Below, one piece after another: positions 50,169-63,956 of a DNA stretch of 64,000 nucleotides (positions are counted from its first letter, which is position 1; every line of letters begins with the position of its first letter). The translations under genes and the position numbers were made by a program. The DNA comes from Okamejei kenojei (taxonomy: Eukaryota): contig CM069164.1 of NCBI GenBank assembly GCA_035221665.1, forward strand, positions 14,508,001-14,572,000, read 5' to 3'. Below the pieces are notes generated by a model that was not told where the DNA came from, searched no databases, and saw only the letters and a program-made list of their open reading frames with translations.

Positions 50169-51184
50169 ATGATAACGGGCATCTCATTCTTAGCCAAGGA
50201 ATACAACTGAGTATCAAAGGAGAGCAGAGACGCCAAATTTAGTTAAACTAATATTAACAGCCAGTGTGCATTCAGCATAAGCTCGCTTGCCACAGGCAGC
50301 TTTTTGTCATCCTTCAACCCAAACTTTAATCTATTTAATCTAATCCTTTAATCTATTGCCCATCACCAATAGGTGACTGATCATAATGGACCAGATTTCA
50401 CAGTCGGGATAGTAATGAGGCAATCAGTGCCCAATATTTTAATATGTAAATCAGACAGGAGAGCATGAGGCCGATATACAGAATATATGTACTAGAATGC
50501 TCAAAATATTTCCTGCCCCTGCTGTATGATAACTTGTGTAAGGATCTCTTTTAGAATCATTTTTGTCTTCAGTGTACTATGAAGTTTAAAAATATTTTCA
50601 CAAGATGAAATTACCTTGAATCATAAAGGAATTGAAGGGTAAATTTATTGCAACAATGTAGGGTAATCTCTTACAATTAATTATACCGATCAGTTTGATA
50701 TAAAACATTTGGAGATGTTTGCTCATTGCCACCCAGATTGTTAACCATCCCATACTTCCAACTCAGTCTTTTTGGGACCTTGTAATTTATGTGTGCAATG
50801 GTGCTGACTGCAGCTTTTCTATTAGTCACATGAATAAACACAGCTTTAATGATGACAAATGTCCTTGTTGGTTTGAAGACCTATTTGACTGCATAGGGAC
50901 AGTTTCAGTTTGGGATGTGTCATATTGTACAATGTAAAATGATTCATTATGTTTTTATTTTGAGCAGAACAAGAATAAAGAACATCTAAATTGTTCATAA
51001 CTTGTTATGTGTGTTCACTGGGAAATTGCATCAAGCTCATTATTGTGCATTCATTTTGACTTGTAAACTTCAATAAGATTTCTGCTCTTTTTAAGCATGC
51101 ACAGATGTTTTATATCCTCCACCCTTTGTTCATGTTTTCATTCCAGGAGACTATGCTCATTTAATTTTCCTTTATTTCTTATAG

Positions 51185-51251
51185 TCACTGCACCCCTTTG
51201 ACCCATCTAGGCTCTTCAGTTGGCAGTCTGCCAACTTGCTCTCCACTTGTG
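51185..51251 (+). CDS. SPG11: spatacsin exon 20-equivalent (SLHPFDPSRLFSWQSANLLSTC)
   Basis: cttatag acceptor, gtgagt donor; 67 nt. Confidence 0.95.
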
Positions 51252-52098
51252 GTGAGTGCCTTTGAGATTAATGAATGTAACAAGAGCAGCAGATAGAATC
51301 AGGAGAGAAGGCAGTAGGGGAGCTTGCCAAAGCTTTCACGGGCAATTAGGGCACTAATTTCATAGATCTGTTGTCAGCTGCTGAACTCATTAGTTTTTAC
51401 CGATAAGTTTGGTTCTGTCTCTGCTCCTTGACATGGTGGGTGTTGCTTATCTAAAGCTAACCAGGAATAATAGTATTTTCATGATAGGTTTGACAGTTCA
51501 TTACAAACGGAAATAATTTTTTTAAAGGCAGATAACAATGGCACCCAGGTAAAATTAACATTTAACTGAACTGCACAGGACTAGAACAACCACATTTTAA
51601 TTGCCATTTGAATTGACATACCCTGACATTTGAGACTCTTGAATTGATGTATTGCTTCTTCTCTGGGTCAATTCCATCTCCATCCCAAGGAACTGAATGA
51701 GAAGTAGAAGATGCTCAAATTGGATTTGATACTTTACCTGAGAGCAGCCTTGCTTCCTCTAATTTGAGTTCCTCAGAAACATTTCCGTGTGTCAGCTTTA
51801 GTCAATCACAGGAGTAGACTGCCTGTGATGTCTTACATGTGTTCATCTGTTGCATTCAGTATCTAATTGTACATAAAGACTGGTAACTATGACAAAATGG
51901 CAGACTGGACACGTGCTAAAGAGATGTATCCAGGGGTAAAGTCAAGAAGGGAAGAAGTTGACAAAGAACCAGAATTTGAGACAAATCACCAGTAAAAGTT
52001 GTCTTCCGTTGAGCATTTAAATTAACATTGCGGATATTGCTTATCTTTGCTTACCTCTTTTGGAATATATATATTATTTATCTGAGGCATTAACAATT

Positions 52099-52401
52099 GG
52101 CTGTCACAGTGGCGCAGCAGTAGAGTTGCTGCCTTACAGTATCAGAGACCCCGGGTTCGATTCTGGCTACGGGTGCTGTCTGTATGGAGTTTGTACGTTC
52201 TCCCTGTGACCTCCTGGGTTTTCACGGGTGCTCCGGTTTCCTTCCATGCTCCAAAGACATACAGGTTTGTCGGTTAATTGGGTTTGGTAAAAACTGTAAA
52301 TTTTCCCTCTCGTGTAGGATAGTGTTAGGGAACGGGGTGATCGCTGGTTGGCATGGACCCGGAAGGACCTGTTTCCGCACTGTATCTCTAAACTTAACTA
52401 A
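52099..52401 (+). mobile_element. HE1-type SINE
   Basis: Head gtggcgcagcagtagagttgctgccttacag; tail tatctctaaac. Confidence 0.85.
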
Positions 52402-52496
52402 CAGCACTTCATCCCAGACAACACCCTGGTGAATCTCCTCTACACCCTCCTGGCGTATCATCTCTTATTCTGTTCACGTGTCACTTCCAAAAGACA

Positions 52497-52750
52497 GATA
52501 GACACAAAAAGCTGGAGCAACTCAGCTGGACAGGCAGCATCTCTGGAGAAAAGGTAATTCATTGTCCTTTATCTCTCCATATCACCATCTATATTTCTCA
52601 TTTCCCTTATCCCTAACCAGTCTGTAGAAGGGTCTCGACCCAAAATGTCACCCATTCCTTCTCTCCAGAGTTGCTACCTGTCTCGCTGAGTTACTTCAGC
52701 TTTTTGTGTCTATCTTCGGTATAAACCAGCATCTGCAGTTCCTTCTTACA
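52497..52750. mobile_element. Penelope-derived inverted mini-element
   Basis: Short inverted arm 52497-52555 against 52655-52715; imperfect TSD CA.TTCCAAAA.ACA (52482-52496, 52751-52765). Confidence 0.8.
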
Positions 52751-53122
52751 CATTTCCAAAATACATTTGACTCAACAGTTCAACTAGGATTGTTAATTTA
52801 AATGAAAATAAATGCTGTAATGGAAATTCTTTGTATCACGATCCACTGGATTGGTTGCTTGGATGAAGGGCTGATCTATAGAGTTTTAACGAAGTTCGGG
52901 TAAATGTAATAGACATTGAATATTCTGAGAGGCCTCACGGGTTTGTTGTAACCGAGATAGGAGGTTCATTCGAGGTTATCATTCTTTGGAATTTTCCACT
53001 CCAGAAAACTGCATCCTGAAGAAGTTCTCCTACATTTGCTTGTGTGAATTGCATGACCAGATAGGAACAAGAAAGATCTCTCCATTTTCGATTCTAACAA
53101 AACTTGTGCTGTTTGTCCACAG

Positions 53123-53288
53123 ACTTTTCAAGTGATTTACCTCACTTTTCTTGCCCTGATTTGGTGAACAAATATGCCATAACAGAAAGGTTAGACTTTT
53201 CCTACTACCTGCATCATGGGCGCCCATCATATGCTTTTGCAACTTTCCTTGTTCAGCAGTTGGTGAAGAGCAATTCGCCCAAGCAGTT
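53123..53288 (+). CDS. SPG11: spatacsin exon 21-equivalent (FSSDLPHFSCPDLVNKYA...SPKQL)
   Basis: ccacag acceptor, gtaagt donor; 166 nt. Confidence 0.96.
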
Positions 53289-54444
53289 GTAAGTATTTTA
53301 AGAAATTGCCGTACAGTACTCTGCTCAAAATATCTCTAAATATGAAATGTGGATGCTCTTGGTTCAGTTGAACATGTCCATGTTCGTGGAAGTAATTAAT
53401 TTGAGAAAAAAACCATATCATCAACTTTCCTGTTTATATTTGGTCTGTGTTGCCATAAGGGGTTTATTATGTAGCATTGGGCAACATTATTCAAGAACCA
53501 AGCTGAATCTAACGTGCAAAACACAAAGTGCTGGATGGAAAGCCAGGCAGCATCTGCGGAGGGAATTGGACAAACAATGGTTTGCTTTGGGACCCTTCTT
53601 CAGACTGACTATGAAACTTTTTTATTGTTTCCTATAAATATTCTTACCAGTAAAGAGCCCTCCTAGCCACATCTTTACTAAATATACACTGTACTAACTC
53701 TCTACCTAATCTTTAATCTTGTTTGAGAGTTTTGAGTCTCAATTTAATGCTTTCTTAAAGACAACACCAATAAATGGATATAATATATTTGAAGTCCAAC
53801 TTCCTCTGAGTTAGAAAGGTGGTATCCAGCCAATCAGTCATATGATCAAGGCTGAAACTCCAGAGCAGATTAAAAAGCTTGTGAATACAAAGGTGCAATT
53901 ATTCAAAAACATCTACATGAGTCCCTGAATCATGAAGATGGCATCAAGGAGTCCCACCATCTGGGCCATGCCCTCTTCTTGTTCCAACTGTTGTGCAGGA
54001 GGTACAGAAGCCTGATGTCCTACATCACAAGGTATAGGAATAGATTCTTTCCTACAATTATCAGGTTCTTGGAATGACCTGCATAACGCTAATCCTACTT
54101 CATAAACAGAACACTAAGGCCAACCACTTGCACCACAATGGACTTGTTTCTAATTGTGTTTTTTCACTGTCTAATTTTGCTCAGTCTTTTTCTTTTCACT
54201 TGAATAATTTATATATGTTTATATTCTGTTGTTTGTCTGATATATGTGCCTGTAATGCTGTTGCAAACAACATTTTCATTGTACATGTACCTCATCACAC
54301 TTCTGCCTGTGATAATATACTCAACTTGAATTGTATTAAACATTTTTAGTAGGTTCTGCCTTTTAGCAGGGAGTTATCACTAGTGTTCTTGCCACCATTT
54401 ATTCCCTCACCAATGCCACTAAGGCAGCCTATGTGGTTTCTAAA

Positions 54445-54552
54445 GATAGACACAAAAACCTGGAGTAACTCAGCAGGATGACTCAGCAGGTCAGACAGCA
54501 TCTCCGGAGAAAAGGAATAGGTGATATTTTGGGTCGAGACCCTTCTCCAGAC
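54445..54552 (-). mobile_element. Penelope-derived pLTR fragment
   Basis: gatagacacaaaaac...gggtcgagacccttctccagac; similar fragments at about 10950-11015, 29380-29480, 32825-32930, 40920-41025, 43650-43740 and 53520-53610. Confidence 0.7.
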
Positions 54553-55128
54553 GGAGTTGTAGTTGATGACTTGTGGGAGCTTTGTGTGGGTATATTAGCA
54601 CAATTTTCCGCATCACAACAGTGACATAATGTAAGGACTTAGTTAGCCCTAAAGCACTCTGGAATCTCTTAAATCATTGATGGGCACTATGTAAATACAG
54701 AAAAAAACAAAGCTATTAATAAATAATATTAGCGTGTGGATCAATATTAGTGTGTGTCATGCACAGGGACTGTCCATTCAAACGCAGGAGATGCAAAACT
54801 GGCTCCTCCTCACAAAAAGGCAGCCAGAGTAAAAAAATGTAGCATTTGAAAATAATCTACCTCCCTCTGCAGTGAGCAATAGACAAATAATTATCCGATT
54901 TTGGATATTTACTATCTAATAATGGGACTCATTTTATGGTGCCTTTTGTTAACTACTACAAAATGTAATGTTTCTTTTGCTGAACTGATATATGCAATAA
55001 CAAAATACTTCAGATGCTGGAAATGAAACTAGAAGCAGAAATTATTTTGTCCACCCTGAGTTTGATTTCTGTGAACATGCCTTTTCCATGGTAAATGCAG
55101 ACCTCATTTGTTCTTCTTTCTGATTCAG

Positions 55129-55337
55129 GATCGAGCGAGTGAGCACTGAAGCGTACGCTCTTGGATTAGCCCACTTCACCGTACCTGTTGTTGCCACAGC
55201 ATGTATTGCCTTTCTTGAGTTACTTGGAGTTAGCAGCTTTAAACTTAGAATTGACCTTAAAGTGACAAATGTGGTTTTGAAACATCAGTGTACAAACACT
55301 GAAGAGTCTCAACACAACTTATTACAACATGCTTTAG
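55129..55337 (+). CDS. SPG11: spatacsin exon 22-equivalent (IERVSTEAYALG...FLELLGV...LLQHAL)
   Basis: attcag acceptor, gtaatt donor. Confidence 0.95.
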
Positions 55338-55861
55338 GTAATTATCTTGCTTCTCTTCACATGTGATTTTCCATCGTAGTGAGAATTATCAGTTATTGCA
55401 AATGTTGTTGTTTATTATTTTAAGGGGATGTTCATTGTGCAGTATTTACTGTATATTAAAGAATATAAACTACAAGGTTTTTATCTTGACATCATTGTCC
55501 ATCATCCGTTTTGCCTTATGGTTTGGATAGAGTACAATCCTGGGTACCAGCTATTTAGCAATGTTCATGTTTTGTAAAACACAAGTGCAACACATTATGA
55601 TCTCAAGTAACTCAACTTGCACTTGCAATAGTTGGTAGACGTGTATTGACGGTTCTTTGCCTTGCCCTCTTGGTTTACCTTGAGAAATATCTGATATTTG
55701 TTATATTGACAGAGAGACCAGGTAATTCTACATTGGGACGATGGGCTATCCTGGAGAGTAAATATATCCAGCTATGCTTGTGCTTTTCTTTACGGCTGCC
55801 ACCCACATTGACACTGGAAATCACGATTCCAGATCACCTGCCATCTAGAGCAAGGATAGAT

Positions 55862-56605
55862 TGAGTCATAGCCCACCACAGAAACACGCCCTCCAGCCAA
55901 CTATATCTATATTGACTGTTTTGCCTGTCTATATTGATCCTATTTTCCCAATTAAGGCATGTTTCCTTCTCTACCTTGCCTATCTAAATGCCCCTTAAAC
56001 GTAGTGATGGTATCTGACTATCACCACCTCAGGCAGTATGTACCAGATGACGCCAATCCTCTATGTAAACAAAACCTTTACCTTCAGATTAAAGAGTCCT
56101 TCCTTTCACCTTAAACCTATGCCCTCTTGTTTTTAATACTCTCTACCAAGGGAAAGGGATTCAATCTATCCTGTTTATGCTTTTCTTAATTTTACATACC
56201 TCTTTTAAGTCACCCCTCAGCCTCCTTTGCTCCAGAGAAAATAAGCCCAGCCTGTCCAATCTCTTCAATCCCGACAATGTTGTGGTGAATATTCTCTGCA
56301 CACTCTCCAGCACAACCATCACCTTCCTTTAGTGTGGTGACCAGAACCAGAGCCAGAGCCAGAACCAGTACAAGACTTCAGTGCGGACTAACCAATATTA
56401 TGTAAAATTACTACATGACATCCCAACTTTACATTCAATGCTCTGACCTATGAAGACAAGCATGCTACATTCCTTCTTCACCGTGCTGTTTTCAGAGAAC
56501 TGTGGATGGACTCCATGGTCCCAATCAAAATTTCTTAACGTCCTATTTTATTGTATCTGTCTTATCTCTTTTGAACTTCCCAAAATGCATCACCTCGCAC
56601 TTCCA
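55862..56605 (-). mobile_element. old CR1 LINE fragment
   Basis: Degenerate reverse-complement CR1 motifs (gtcacccctcagcctc, gtggtgaccagaac); similar relics at about 34170-34710, 49150-49640, 60290-60520 and 63280-63640. Confidence 0.6.
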
Positions 56606-56851
56606 AGCTGGATGAACACCCTTTAGAAATTCCTTTAATTTGGGTTGTTCTCTCATAGCAATGAGCAGAGAGTTCTACAAGCAGCATAGTTCTGACAAGT
56701 TACAAGTAAGCTGTTGGATATGCTCCAGGTGGCACTCTGAACATTTTACTAGTTTAAAGGACTCATCCTCGGGGTTTTCTTTTTACATTAAATTTAGATT
56801 TACTTATAACTCTAATGTAGAATACCACATTCGTTTCTGCATTTTTACTTA

Positions 56852-57480
56852 CCTTGTATTTCCCGGCGACGAAGACGCAGCTGCATCGAAGATGCACCCC
56901 CATTTTGAGGGGGAAAAACATTTGCCGTGCTGGCGGCCATTTGCGTTGCGTATTGTTTATAGCGCTGCAGGCCACATCCTCAGCCTCTGAGCAGCGCCCG
57001 ATCCAATAGAGCCCCAGGCTGCTGCGGGGCTTCCAGCGGCCCACTCCATCAGCACCTCGACTTTTGACGCCCTGATCCCTTGCCTCCCACAGCCTCCGCT
57101 CTGCCTCCGTGACCCAGGTCACCTCCCGCAGCTGACCGTGGAACCCGCAGAGCGCCTCCAAGCCCCCGGCCCACTCACCATCACCGTTCCTCCCATCCGT
57201 CCACCGCCACCACCGTCTAGAAAGAATTAATTTTGAAAGAAAGATTTTGTTTACAACTACCTCTCTGTCTATCCCACCTTTTCCCCGTCATCAATTTCCT
57301 TTATCGCAAGAGTCAAGAGTTTTTTAATTGTCATACTGTACCGGCAATGGAACAATGAAATTCTTACTTGCTGCAGCTATAGGCCTATGAACAACCTAAC
57401 CTTCGGCTTCCAAGATGCAGGTAATTTTTCGGGCCTTATTTTAGGGTAAAAAATAGCGTCTTCGATGCCAGGAAATCCGG
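56852..57480. mobile_element. Tc1/mariner-superfamily (Tc2/pogo-like) MITE
   Basis: Imperfect TIRs CCTTGTATTTCCCGGCGACGAAGACGC and GCGTCTTCGATGCCAGGAAATCCGG; TA on both flanks. Confidence 0.75.
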
Positions 57481-57659
57481 TATTAATAATCTAACATTCT
57501 GACTAACCCCTTTAGAACCTCTCATTTTCTGCTGAATTTTTGTTTATGATTTCAGCATCAGTTAGTGAGCCAATTTCCACGTTCACTGTACACTGTGATA
57601 AAGTCATATTTAAATACACTTTAAAATTAATCCCTGATGTCTCATTGTGTTTTTCCCAG

Positions 57660-57768
57660 CTGAAAAGCTTCAGAACTTGGTTGAAGGGACTCGATCATCA
57701 GCAGAAGAAATGCTTACACATTTAGAGAATGCTACTTGGGAGAACATGCAAAGAAAAAATATAAGGAG
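57660..57768 (+). CDS. SPG11: spatacsin exon 23-equivalent (EKLQNLVEG...KNIR)
   Basis: ttcccag acceptor, gtatca donor; 109 nt. Confidence 0.93.
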
Positions 57769-57870
57769 GTATCAAAAATGTGCAACCATAACTAATCTCT
57801 CGCTTTTTGTACAATTGTTATGGTGCAGCTCCATCAAATCAGAAATAACATTGAGCTTATTGAATTGCAG

Positions 57871-58030
57871 GGTATCTTTCGAAGCTGGTCAGGAGTGGTC
57901 ACTGATGGCACAATTCTGCAGGCTTCATGACATCCCCCTGAGCATGGCCTACCTTCAGGCTTGTGCCCAAGAGGATGAATGGCTGCAGTTTATAGTATTT
58001 GCTCAACTTCACAACTACCAGCCAGAAGAG
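57871..58030 (+). CDS. SPG11: spatacsin exon 24-equivalent (VSFEAGQEWSLMAQFCRLH...LHNYQPEE)
   Basis: ttgcag acceptor, gtaaaa donor; 160 nt. Confidence 0.95.
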
Positions 58031-58289
58031 GTAAAATGCTTGAAATATTAAGTTGCATTTGCTTCCTCTTTGCCTCTTTTCGTTCTCGTGTCACCACATT
58101 TTATTATAGACAACTGAACAGTCTGTTTCCATCTCTCTGCTAAGATCATTTTGGAGTGAGATTTGGTTTACGTGACCCTTGATATGAATGTCTTTGTGCC
58201 CTTGCTTTTGTACATTCCCTTCCTCTTCCACACTGGTGGGAAAAGTCTAGGCCAGAAGTCTGCCATTTCTTTATCTTGATAAACAAGCC

Positions 58290-58362
58290 AGACAACACCT
58301 GAAGTTAGGATCAAACCCGGGTCTCTGGTACCAAGAGGCAGCAGCTCTACCAGCTGCGCCAC
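58290..58362 (-). mobile_element. HE1-type SINE head fragment
   Basis: aggatcaaacccgggtctctgg...ggcagcagctctaccagctgcgccac. Confidence 0.7.
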
Positions 58363-58939
58363 TAGCTCCGTTTGAAAGAGAGCCTCTTCAGTGGTAACTT
58401 AGTGGAAAGTATGGATGTCACATAGAGATTAAACTGTGTGTGGGCTGCCAAAGGGCTTGGAGATAATCTGTAACCTGTGGACCTGCACAGGAATAAAAGC
58501 TGACATTTTCTTTCCACACAACTGATTAGTAGTAGAGGGGATCAGACATTTTGTGCAAAATGTCTTCATGCAGCAGCACTTTTCTGCGAAGAGGAAATTG
58601 TTCTCTGACAGATAACTTTTCTAAAGTCCTCAATTTTGAACTGGAATTGCTTAGATAATCTATTATGTTATGTTATCCATGAACCTGAAATATCATTCTA
58701 CCACTGCACCGGAAAATGTAATTATTGTCTGAATTACATTACTTCTGTAAAAATAAAGTTGAGCTTTGTAAGGGCCCAGTTACTCAAACAGCCTTGGACA
58801 TTTTTACAAAAGATTGTAAATTGCTTTAAGTGCTTTGAGTTGTTCATCAAACACTAAGAGAGTACCGCAGTGTTTTCTTGCTTTGTTATACTTTTAAAAA
58901 TAACCTTGTCCGTATGTTACCATCCGATCCTTTCTATAG

Positions 58940-59203
58940 GTGAAGAGACTGCTAAAAGACTTCAGTCCCATTCTGCAGGACCACCTGACGTTAGCCTTTC
59001 AGAATTTGCAATTTGTTTCTCACGAAAAGCCAGCGAGTTGTACTGTGATGAAGAAAGAACCCGACAAAGAGACCAAGTCCCCAAAAGATCTCTTTCAAGT
59101 TCTCTATAGGAGCCAAGATAGTACAAATCCTTGGCGATATCTTTTGAGCGAGGCAGTACGACAAAACGCACCAGTGTTGAGCGTTCTGGCTGCATGTTTT
59201 CAG
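58940..59203 (+). CDS. SPG11: spatacsin exon 25-equivalent (VKRLLKDFSPILQDHL...LSVLAACFQ)
   Basis: ctatag acceptor, gtgggt donor. Confidence 0.96.
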
Positions 59204-62200
59204 GTGGGTGTTTCTTGTGGCTGAATGTACGTAACACCAGTTAATGACATTTTGATCACAGTGCACATTGGGATAATTATGTTGTTATTACAAACCCATT
59301 AACGAGTTCAGAAGAGTCTTCCTTTCCCAGAGAACAGACAGAATTGAGGATATGGCTAACAAGTGCAGTGGTTCACGTGCATAGCTCAGGTATTTGATAA
59401 GTTGCATGAAGAAGAAAGGATGGAGGATACGCTGATCGAGTCCAATGATGAGAAAAGATTGTGTGAGAATAAATATTCCCACATTTAAAAGTCCTTTAAA
59501 TTCGACCTTGTAAATAGCAAAACAATGTGAATATTATTAAAAAATGAAATATAGTGGATGCTGCAGACGTGAAAGAAAAATAGAAATGGCTCTAAATACT
59601 CAGGTCCGGTAACATCTGTGAAGAGAGAAACGGGCATAATTTAACAGGCCTTTCATCAGAAATTGACAAAGTTAAAAATCAAATGTGTTAAGTTGCAGAG
59701 AGGGGAGAGGGACACAAGATTTAATGAGGCTAATGGTGGTAGCGCTGGTGTGAAGGCTAATTTCAGTTGATATCTCTGGTGGAAATATAATCCGAATAAT
59801 GTTAGAGGAAAGATGCAATAAAAACTACACAGTGGGAGTGGGATGGAGCATTAAAGTGACAGCTGACAGGAAACTCAGCATTCCCTTGGAAACAGAGAGG
59901 TCTTCTGCAAGGCAGTCCCTGATGATGGGAAAGAAAGAGTTAAAAGAACAGGCAGGTAGTATGGGCAGCTGTTAGAATGCTGCAAGGGAGGAGAAGATTA
60001 ATGCCGTGGTAGCATCATGTTGATGGTGGCGGAAATCATGATGGTGGGTGATGTGTTGAATGTGTGGTAGGCACGGATAAGAGGGACCCTATTGTTGTGG
60101 TATGTGATTCATGGAACAGACCTCTTACAGTTTCATCATCCCAGGTGAAGCGGTGATTCACGCATTAGGGCTTCCACTCCATTTCAGAAACCAAACAAAT
60201 TGGATGATTGCTTTGTATGGCATGTTTGCACTCATGTTACTCGTGTATGTGCAGCAAAGATCCACTAAGGTCTAGGGGGAGGGTGGGAGTTTGCTATATG
60301 AGGATGAATTGAGTTGACTGGGCCTGTATTCTAGAGAGTTTAGAGAAAGTGAAAGGAGATCTCATTGAAATTTATAAAATTCTCCACAAGCCAGATGTAG
60401 GGAGTATGTTTCTCCTGGTTAAGGAGTCTAAGAACCAGAGGTCACTGTTTCACAATATGGGGTCGGCCCTTGTTGATTTTGATGAGAAGGAATGTCTTTA
60501 AGCAGAGGATGGTGAATTTCTTCATGTCATATGGGCTCCTCATGTTCCTACTCTGTTTACGCATGACTGAGACTTGACACTGAATTCAACAATTTCAGAT
60601 AATCAGCCTTTCAAATTTGGGTCGGACCTGGCCAATTCGGATGAAAAGCCAACCTGAAACATTAACACTGTTCTTCACACTTCACAGGTGCTGCTGTATA
60701 AGTATTATGTGATCAATAAATTCAGCCCATATAGATTCCTAGTGAACTGTTTGTCTTTTCTCAAAACCTGTTTCTAATTGCCAAGAAATTCTATTTAACC
60801 AATGTATATATGTGTAGGATTGACCCGAACATATTTGCATTCCTTAACGAGAATGATAGTAGTCTATTCATTCACGATATCTTTGTAATTGGTGCCATCC
60901 GGTAGATTTCATAATCTGGAAATTGGCACCACTGCAGAATTAAATAATGGCGTTAGCTTGATTAAGCATTTATCTAATGTTTTTTGATGACTTTTGAATA
61001 GTTATATTTATCTGCCCATGTAAAAGAGAATGAAAGGCAATTAGGCACCAATTTTCAGTCTCTGCGTAAGGTCAGATTTTTCTTGCTGAATTAAATATTC
61101 ATACTAAAACCATTATTACAAATATGTGGAAGAAACTGAAAAAGGAAACTCTTGCATTTATGGGGTTCATTTCTTGATTTCTGGATCACTGAAAATATTT
61201 TATGCAGTGTAGTCACTTTTATAGAAAACATGGTAGCCAATTTGAACATGGTAAGTTCTCCAAATCACCTCATGTTAAAATGACTAGATTTTTTTTTTTT
61301 GATTTAATGTTAAACATTGACTGCGACATTGGTGATGATACCCCAAACATTAGACCCACCCCCTTCCATTCTTGAATATGCTGATATGGATCTCTTAAAA
61401 TCCACTAGAGAGACATGATCTTGGTTTAATAAGATGTAATTGTTACTTATGGCTATAAGCAATCTTTCTTCAATCACTACATTTTCCTGTAGAATAACCC
61501 TGACTTTCAACTGGTATTTACGACTTAAAAAAACCCAAATAGCCTATTACTCAGTAATTTCCATCAGATTGCCTTTGTTTGAAATTTTCTTTTCATCACA
61601 TCACAAGGGTTGTATGTAATTATAATTGTATTCTGATAATCAAAGCCAGACATTTTTGTTTTAACCTTGCAACGTAGAGAATTGGCAACATGTAGAGCAC
61701 TGTTTGACTACATATTTTTCAGGACGTGTAATACAATGGAAATTCACCTCTCCCCTCTCCTGGATTGCCTAGGAGAGCATTTAGTTCATTTGAGAACTAG
61801 AGTGGATTAAAGTGGCATTGTAGAGGAACATGCTTTTTAAACTAGGTGAGCCTCTATGAGACCCAGATTGACAGATGGTTCACTTTCTAGACATTACTGA
61901 GAAATAATTTGAATTGTTGAACTCTGACGCAGTATGAAATTTTAATCTCCAAATAATTTGACTTTTATTCCAGTTATTAGTGCTTAATACACATTAAAAT
62001 AAGATTTGGTGTACATATCAATTGAAAACAAGCTAATCTCTCAACCTTTGCACAAAATAGAGAAATAGTTTGTTAAAACGCCTGCTGCAATTTGACAACA
62101 TGTTGCATCCGGAATTATCCTTTCTGTTGTAATTTAGAAATAATTATGAGTGAATTACAACATGTCCATATGTGTTTGAATGTTATATATCTTCCCTCCC

Positions 62201-63755
62201 ATCCTGTCTGTTTTCGTCTGCGACCCTCACTTGTAAATAGTTGGTGCAAACCTGTAAAAGTTTTTTATTAACCTTGTGTCTGACTTCCACTTGAGTTTAC
62301 TCTTGACCTTTCAGCTTCCCACCAGGAAGCCAAAAACTTGACCTCTCTCTTGTCCCCAGCTCTCTGCCCAAGAGCTGCCTTGCATTGTAAATAATCTAGC
62401 GGTCCTCATGTTGACTTCCTGGGCAGCTGCATCCTTCTGACCTCTTAACATCACACCCCAACCCTCACTCTCACAAATGTGACAACGGAGCCTATTGTCC
62501 CAAAGTGAGACCGAACAAGGGCAGAAGCTTCAACTGTGTTGAAATCACATTTTCAGAATATGCTCTCTGGGACTTAAGCCCTTGAGAACCAAACTTTACT
62601 TAATCACAGCATCTTAAAGTAAATGACCTGAAATTCCATAGGTGTGACAGAATATCATATTCAAGGAAAAACTTACTAATACAAATTTAGAATGCTTCCT
62701 CACAGATTTATGGAATGTCACTAGCCTGGAGAAACTTAGCTACATATGGAATCCACGTAATTCAGTGACCTTGCTCTCTAGTCTAATCTGTGTATGAAAC
62801 TATTTAAAATTTGTCTGAACTGATTTTTACTAGGACATTCATCATTGAAAGGAAGTGCTTATGTCGATAAATCCTCATTATATAAAGCAAAGTTTTCATT
62901 GTGCCACACATGATCAATCAACTAACAGATAAATTGCAGATGTAGTCTTATTATTGATGATACTTTCTAACGGTTAAACATTTTTCCTATTAAAGCCCAC
63001 ATGGAAAATTCATGAAATTAAATTTAGAGACTCATGAACTTTTATATGAGACCCTTTATCATAACTAACTTTTTCTGAGAGCTATAAAAATGATATTAAA
63101 GAATTAAACTGAGGCGATCATCAACTTGACAATAATATTTTATGTTTTTAAATTTCATTGTCTACAGAGGTGATGGGATTTGAATTTATCTGATTTATCT
63201 AGTCTGGATTTCTACTGAATCACCACAAAATGTATTCCTGAGGTGAGACAGGAAGATGGGATTCAGTGACTCCAGTCATAGAGTGACACAGGACGGAAGC
63301 AGGCCCTTCTGCACAACTTTATATTACGATCAAGGTGCCTTTCTGAGCCATTTGCCTGCCTTTGGCCCGCATCCCCACCAAACCTTTCCTATACATTAAC
63401 CTGTCTAAGTGTCTTTTAAACATTGCAATTGTATCTGCCTCTACTACTTCCCCTTCCTTGCACCCCATACCTCAGGGTGAAAACTTTGCCCCTGAGCTCA
63501 ATTCTCTCCCCTCTCACCTTAATCCTATGTCCTCTACTTATTACACTACCCTACCCTGGAAAAACAACAGATCATTCATCTTATTTGCGCTCTTCATGAT
63601 TTTATAAACCTGTATAAGGTCGCCCCTCAGCCTCCATCGCTGTATAGATCTGGATTAAGCTGGGGGCAGGAAAATCTATGACTTGAGAGGTAATGGTTTT
63701 AGCCTTCAGCTATTCCAGTGCTGCGGTGAGGAATTACTCTCCCTCTCATTCACAG

Positions 63756-63956
63756 GAAACTGACGTTCTTCAGTGTCTTTGTGTTTGGATTGTGATGTCC
63801 TCTGATAATGTGACCATCTCTGAAGTTACAAAACACCTCGATGATTCGGTGGAGTACCACGAGTGGAATCTCCATGATCTGTCGCTGATGTGGAAGGTGC
63901 TGTTGGGAAGAAGGAAAAGTAAACAACTTGTCCGAGGATTTCAACTTTTTCAGAAG
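63756..63956 (+). CDS. SPG11: spatacsin exon 26-equivalent (ETDVLQCLCVWIVMS...RGFQLFQK)
   Basis: tcacag acceptor, gtagtg donor; 201 nt. Confidence 0.95.

Larger units (their letters stand above)
1036..63956 (+). other. SPG11: SPG11 (spatacsin) gene body, partial: 24 coding exons equivalent to human exons 3-26
   Basis: Spliced translation matches human spatacsin motifs as recalled (HALEAGIENRQLDTV, PALDLLCSAI, FQASLANAQ..SVSSMLLEGHTL, PFDPSRLF.WQSAN, LPHFS.PDLVNKYA, CLCVWI). All junctions are GT..AG and phases are consistent across 4172 nt. Confidence 0.97.
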
